From NCBI GenBank assembly GCA_963733295.1, contig CAVTCS010000003.1, positions 480,001 to 544,000 of the forward strand: a DNA stretch of 64,000 nucleotides, in the 5' to 3' direction. The position numbers and the translations under genes are program-made. The notes below the pieces were generated by a model. The model worked only from the letters and a program-made list of their open reading frames with translations. It made no database searches and had not been told where the DNA came from. Of the stretch, positions 59,617 to 64,000 are shown one piece after another. Each line of letters begins with the position of its first letter. Position 1 is the stretch's first letter. Source of the stretch: Vulcanimicrobiota bacterium (GTDB lineage: Bacteria > Vulcanimicrobiota > Vulcanimicrobiia > Vulcanimicrobiales > Vulcanimicrobiaceae).

Positions 59617-60468
59617 CTATGGCGTCGAGTCGACGATCGCCGAGAAGTCGAGCGCGCCTTTGCCGTTCGCCAGCGCCTGCTCGTACACCGCGCAGGTTTG
59701 CTTTAGCAGCCGAAGTTCGAGGCCCGCAGCCGACGCCGCGTCGTGGGCTTCCCGGAGATCCTTCACGAGCGCCGCAAGACTGAAGTGCGGCGTGAAGTCG
59801 CGGTCCGCGATCGCCTTGCGCTTCATCTCCGCGACGCGACCGACGGTTCCCGTGAAAAGGTTGAGCGCGAGCACCCGGTCGACGCCCGCAGCATCCGTCG
59901 CGCGCAAGCTCTCGCCGATACCCGCGAGGACCAGGCCGAGGAGCTGATTGTTCCCGAGCTTGAGCGCGGCGCTCGTTCCGTACCCTCCGACGTACAGGAC
60001 TGATTTCGCCATCGCTTCGAGAACGTCGCGCTGCTCGTCGAGCACCTCGCGCGGTCCGCCGACGAGGGCGGTAAGCTCGCCGGCGGCGGCCGCGTCCTTG
60101 CTGCCGGTGACGGGCGCGCCGAGAAATTTGCACCCGCGTCGTTCGGCTGCTTGCGCGAGCGTGCGCTGCATGTCTGCCGAGATCGTGCTCATTTCGACGA
60201 AGGTGGTCCCCGGACGCGCCGCCGGAATCATGCGCTCGAGGACGACCTCACGCGACGCGTCGTCACCCCAGAGAATGGAAATGACGACGTCTGCCGCCTC
60301 GGCGAGAGTTTCCGGAGACTTCGCCGCGCTCGCCCCCTGCTCGACGAGGACGTCCACTGCCGCGTTCTTGCGGTCCCACACGCGCACGGCGAAACCGTGC
60401 CGGAGCAGATTCGCGGACATTCCCGAACCCATCGTCCCGAGCCCCGCGAAACCGATCTCCTTCTTCAT
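59617..60468 (-). CDS. NAD(P)-dependent beta-hydroxyacid dehydrogenase (3-hydroxyisobutyrate dehydrogenase family)
   Basis: GLGTMG, APVTG, catalytic KLGNN, KDL. Confidence 0.9.
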   Translation of the reverse strand: MKKEIGFAGLGTMGSGMSANLLRHGFAVRVWDRKNAAVDVLVEQGASAAKSPETLAEAADVVISILWGDDASREVVLERMIPAARPGTTFVEMSTISADMQRTLAQAAERRGCKFLGAPVTGSKDAAAAGELTALVGGPREVLDEQRDVLEAMAKSVLYVGGYGTSAALKLGNNQLLGLVLAGIGESLRATDAAGVDRVLALNLFTGTVGRVAEMKRKAIADRDFTPHFSLAALVKDLREAHDAASAAGLELRLLKQTCAVYEQALANGKGALDFSAIVDSTP

Positions 60469-60537
60469 TTGAGTTCCTCCGGCGAGCGGTTTTGACGGCG
60501 CTGCAAGAGAGCCCCGTCGAAACGAGAAACGACGCGC

Positions 60538-61470
60538 ATGAGCGATACGATCGCGGTCTTCACGAAGAGTACGTACCCCTCGGTCAAGGCTTTCGTCGAA
60601 GAAGTAGCCCGGGTCGAAGGACTGGATCGCTTGGGCGAAGCCGAAGGCTTGTTGACCGATGGCTCGTTCGCCGTCGACGAAGCGCTCCTCGCACGCGCGC
60701 CCAAGCTACGCGTCGTCGCGCTCTCTTCGGTCGGCTACGAAAAAGTCGACGTGGAAGCGTGCAACCGTCGCGGCATTCCATTTTCGAACGCCCGCGGTGC
60801 GTTGACCGATGCGGTCGCGGATTTGAGCTTTGCGCTGGTGCTGGCGTCGCTTCGCAAGTTGAGTGTTGCGCTCGATTGGGGCCGTTCCGGTGCTTGGATG
60901 CGCGGTCCGGCGCCCTTCGGAAACGATTTGGCGGGGAAGACGCTGGGCATCGTCGGCTTCGGTGAGATCGGCGCCGCGCTCGCGCGCCGGGCTCAAGTCA
61001 GCCGGATGAACGTCGTTTACAACAACCGGACTCGGCGGGATGACGACGCGGCCCTCGGGACGCGGTATCGCACCTTCGACGAGCTCCTCGCGACCGCCGA
61101 CTGCGTCGTATCGCTCGTCCCGCTCTCGCCGCAAACGCATCAGATGTTCGGCGCGGCCGAATTCGCGCGCATGAAGCCTTCGGCGCACTTCGTGAACGTC
61201 GGACGCGGTGCGCTGGTCGATCCAGACGCACTGCTCGCTGCACTTGAGTCCGGCAAGCTGGCGGGCGCGGCGCTCGACGTGACCGATCCCGAACCTCTCC
61301 CGCCCGGCCATCCGCTCTACGCCGCCCCGAACGTCACCATCTATCCGCACATCGGCAGCGCGACTCCCGAGACGCGCGAACGGATGGCCATGCTTGCGGC
61401 GCAGAACCTCGTCGCCGGCCTGCGGGGCGAACCGATGCCGACGCTCGTCAACGCCGCGGTCGCTAGTTGA
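60538..61470 (+). CDS. D-2-hydroxyacid dehydrogenase (glyoxylate/hydroxypyruvate reductase-like)
   Basis: GFGEIG, NVGRG, LDVTDPEP, PHIGSA. Confidence 0.92.
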   Translation: MSDTIAVFTKSTYPSVKAFVEEVARVEGLDRLGEAEGLLTDGSFAVDEALLARAPKLRVVALSSVGYEKVDVEACNRRGIPFSNARGALTDAVADLSFALVLASLRKLSVALDWGRSGAWMRGPAPFGNDLAGKTLGIVGFGEIGAALARRAQVSRMNVVYNNRTRRDDDAALGTRYRTFDELLATADCVVSLVPLSPQTHQMFGAAEFARMKPSAHFVNVGRGALVDPDALLAALESGKLAGAALDVTDPEPLPPGHPLYAAPNVTIYPHIGSATPETRERMAMLAAQNLVAGLRGEPMPTLVNAAVAS

Positions 61471-62128
61471 CCTTTAGAACCGCGCCGTTCAGGGCTGCGG
61501 CTCCCGGAGAAAGAAGGAAGGCGGCGACCTCGGCCGTGCCGCGGGGTTCGGCCGATGCGGCGAGACTCGGCGTCACCGCGTTGACCGCGATACCGCGCGA
61601 GGCGAGTTCAGCAGCCGCGGCGCGCGTCAACGCGACGATCGCGCCGACCGCCGCGGCGTAAGCGACCGCTCCGCTTCCCGCGTTGTCGAAACTTCCGCCG
61701 ACAGCCGGAATCGTACAGATGCGCGCGCCCGCTTTCATATGCTGCGCCGCCGCCCGAATGCAGACGAACGTTCCGACGACGTTCACTGCGTGCACGCGCG
61801 CGAAGCGCTGAGCGTCGAGTTGCATGAAGGGCGTCGTGTCGACGATTCCCGCAGCAGTCACGAGCGCGTCGAGTTCGCCGAGGATTTCCAGGGCGCGCAC
61901 GAAGAGCGCTTTGACTGCATTCTCGTCGGTGATGTCGACGACCAGTGCGAAACCATCGATGGCGTCGGCGACGGCGTGCGCGCGAATCTCGTCCCGATCG
62001 GCGACGACCACTCGATAGCCGTCGCGTGCGAGCACCTCGCAGATGGCCTTTCCTACGCCGCTCGCGCCACCGACCACAATCACCCCCGGAGTGCGGCGAT
62101 CCGCTCCGCCCGCATCGTCAGCCAGCAT
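61463..62128 (-). CDS. short-chain dehydrogenase/reductase-fold protein with degenerate catalytic motif
   Basis: GGASGVG Rossmann motif, AAG, VN; YAAAV in place of YxxxK. Confidence 0.75.
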   Translation of the reverse strand: MLADDAGGADRRTPGVIVVGGASGVGKAICEVLARDGYRVVVADRDEIRAHAVADAIDGFALVVDITDENAVKALFVRALEILGELDALVTAAGIVDTTPFMQLDAQRFARVHAVNVVGTFVCIRAAAQHMKAGARICTIPAVGGSFDNAGSGAVAYAAAVGAIVALTRAAAAELASRGIAVNAVTPSLAASAEPRGTAEVAAFLLSPGAAALNGAVLKVN

Positions 62129-62134
62129 CGTGCG

Positions 62135-64000
62135 TTACGCCGGGCGGTGGAGGAAGCCGAGCGAAAGCCACGGGATCGCGGCAACCAGCGCCAATGCGAT
62201 GACGAGCGCGATGAGATACGGCACGATGCGTCCGAAGGCCGTATCGGGATCGCACTTTCCTATGATGCACGCGCTGTAGTAGCCGAGTCCAACGGGCGGC
62301 GAAAAGAGTCCGATCCCCATCGCCAGCACGGCGATGATCGCATACTGCACCTCGTCGACTCCGAAAGTCGAAGCGATCGGAAAGAGCAGCGGCCCGAAAA
62401 GGACTACCGCGGGGATTCCCTCGAGAACCGAACCGAGGATGATGAAGAGCACGACCGAGACGGCCAAGAAGCCGCCGCGCCCGCCGGGTGCCTGCCCCAC
62501 GGTCGTGGCGAGTTGCTGGGCGAATCCCGATTGCGTGAGCGCCCAGCCCATCGCCGTCGCCGTCGCGATGATCAGCATGATCGCGCCCGAAAGTCCCGCC
62601 GTGTCGCGCAAGATCGGGTACATGCGGCGCCAGTCGAGCTCGCGGTAGATGAACGCGCCGACGATCAAGGTATAGATGATGCCGACGACGCTCACCTCGG
62701 TAGCCGTCGCGATACCTTCCAAGACGAAGTACCGGATCAGCAGGGGCAGCAGCAAACCGGGCAGCGCGATGACGAAGTAGCGCGCGATTCGCGACAGGCT
62801 CGGCCGCTTGGCCAGTTCGGTGCGATCGTTGCGCGAGCGGAAGAGCGCCACGATCATCAATGCGACGGCGGCCACCAGCGCCGGGATAAGCCCGGCGGTG
62901 AACAACGCGGCGATGGAAACGCCGGTCACCGAGCCGATGATGATGAGCACGAGGCTGGGTGGGATCGTCTCCGCCATCGCGGCCGAACTCGAGAGCAGCG
63001 CGACGAGCTCGCTACGCGGCTGACCGCGCCGTTCCATCTCCGGGAAGAGCACCGGCGCGACCGCCGCCATGTCGGCTGCCTTCGAGCCGGAGATTCCCGA
63101 AACGAGGTACATCGCGCCGAGCAGCACGATCGACAAGCCTCCGCGGAGATGCCCGACCAAGCTTGCGATGAAGTCGACGAGGCGCTTGGCGATGCCCGCA
63201 TTCTCCATCAGCAGTCCCAGCAGCACGAAGAGCGGAACGGCGAGCAGGACGAGGTTGGAGACGCCCTCGTCCATGCGGCCCACGACGGTGTTGAGTGGGA
63301 CGCTCGTCGTCAGCGCCAGATAGCTCAGCGTTCCGACTCCAAATGAGAATGCGATCGGAATTCCGATCGCGACGCACGCGCCGACGACGAAGACGAAGAA
63401 GATGACGAGATTGAAGTTTCCGAAAGCGCCGAAGACGGAACGTCCGAACCAGGCGCCGGCCGAGATGAGAATCGCGCAGCCGACGACGGGAAGCACGATC
63501 CGGGGGTCGGACTCGATCAGGCGCAGGATCGCGAGTACGAGTATGAGCGCCAGTCCGACGACGATTGCCGCGACGACGTACGAGCGCGGAATGCTGAGCG
63601 CGGGCGTGAGGTCGATCTGTTCCTGGATCAGGAAGCTTTTGCTAGCCGGAAGCAGTTCCAAGCAGAAGATCGCGACGATGGTCGGCGAGATCACGTCGAA
63701 GATTTCCCGCACTCGCGGAGGAACCGCATTTCCCACCGCCGTCAACCGCATGTGTCCGTCCAAGCGGTAGGCGACGACCGCGCCGAGCATCGTCAACCAG
63801 AGGAATAGGATCGTCGCCAATTCGTCGGTCCAGACTAGCGCGCTGTGCAGGACGTAGCGCGAAAAGACGCCGCTGGCCAAGATCACCACTTCGATCACGA
63901 TGAGGATGCCCGCGATCGGCTCGACCACGGCTCCGATAGTCCGGTCGACCGTCCTCGCCCACGATCGCGTCCGCGTGAGGCTGCTCGGCGTGGCCGCCTC
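62135..64000 (-). CDS. fused TRAP transporter permease DctQ-DctM (5' end at or beyond the window edge)
   Basis: DctQ motif WTDELA...GHM followed by DctM motifs LLAVPLF, SGISGSKAAD, IPPS, GLFSPPVG. Frame is open to position 64000. Confidence 0.9.
   Translation of the reverse strand, partial: EAATPSSLTRTRSWARTVDRTIGAVVEPIAGILIVIEVVILASGVFSRYVLHSALVWTDELATILFLWLTMLGAVVAYRLDGHMRLTAVGNAVPPRVREIFDVISPTIVAIFCLELLPASKSFLIQEQIDLTPALSIPRSYVVAAIVVGLALILVLAILRLIESDPRIVLPVVGCAILISAGAWFGRSVFGAFGNFNLVIFFVFVVGACVAIGIPIAFSFGVGTLSYLALTTSVPLNTVVGRMDEGVSNLVLLAVPLFVLLGLLMENAGIAKRLVDFIASLVGHLRGGLSIVLLGAMYLVSGISGSKAADMAAVAPVLFPEMERRGQPRSELVALLSSSAAMAETIPPSLVLIIIGSVTGVSIAALFTAGLIPALVAAVALMIVALFRSRNDRTELAKRPSLSRIARYFVIALPGLLLPLLIRYFVLEGIATATEVSVVGIIYTLIVGAFIYRELDWRRMYPILRDTAGLSGAIMLIIATATAMGWALTQSGFAQQLATTVGQAPGGRGGFLAVSVVLFIILGSVLEGIPAVVLFGPLLFPIASTFGVDEVQYAIIAVLAMGIGLFSPPVGLGYYSACIIGKCDPDTAFGRIVPYLIALVIALALVAAIPWLSLGFLHRPA

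Noticed and set aside
1..64000. tRNA, rRNA, IS elements, integrases or prophage genes
   Set aside because: No recognisable motifs were seen by eye; tRNAscan and ISEScan were not run.

Overview
GC-rich bacterial chromosome segment from a diderm organism (TonB-dependent receptor present). The protein style suggests Vulcanimicrobiota/Eremiobacterota, but that is an unverified inference. About 60 genes are tightly packed: an alpha/beta-hydrolase-phosphomannomutase fusion running off the left edge, a cobalamin-riboswitch-controlled btuBCD uptake operon with divergent btuF-hflX-protease, a complete 14-gene nuoA-N complex I operon, an accessory block (24-31 kb), beta-oxidation genes, fumC, a divergent glutamine-synthetase-like gene with a PucR regulator, and an M-box riboswitch operon (MgtE cytosolic domains, Nramp-related transporter, putative outer-membrane protein). 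The standout is a two-gene RiPP locus at 29066-30866: a GrrM/OscB-type cyclophane-forming radical SAM/SPASM enzyme next to a GrrA/OscA-like precursor with a signal-peptide-like leader and 19 [F/W]-x-N motifs at about 7-residue spacing. The precursor is split by a +1 frameshift at a CCCC run, so the ORF track misses it. No rRNA, tRNA, CRISPR array or transposase was seen.
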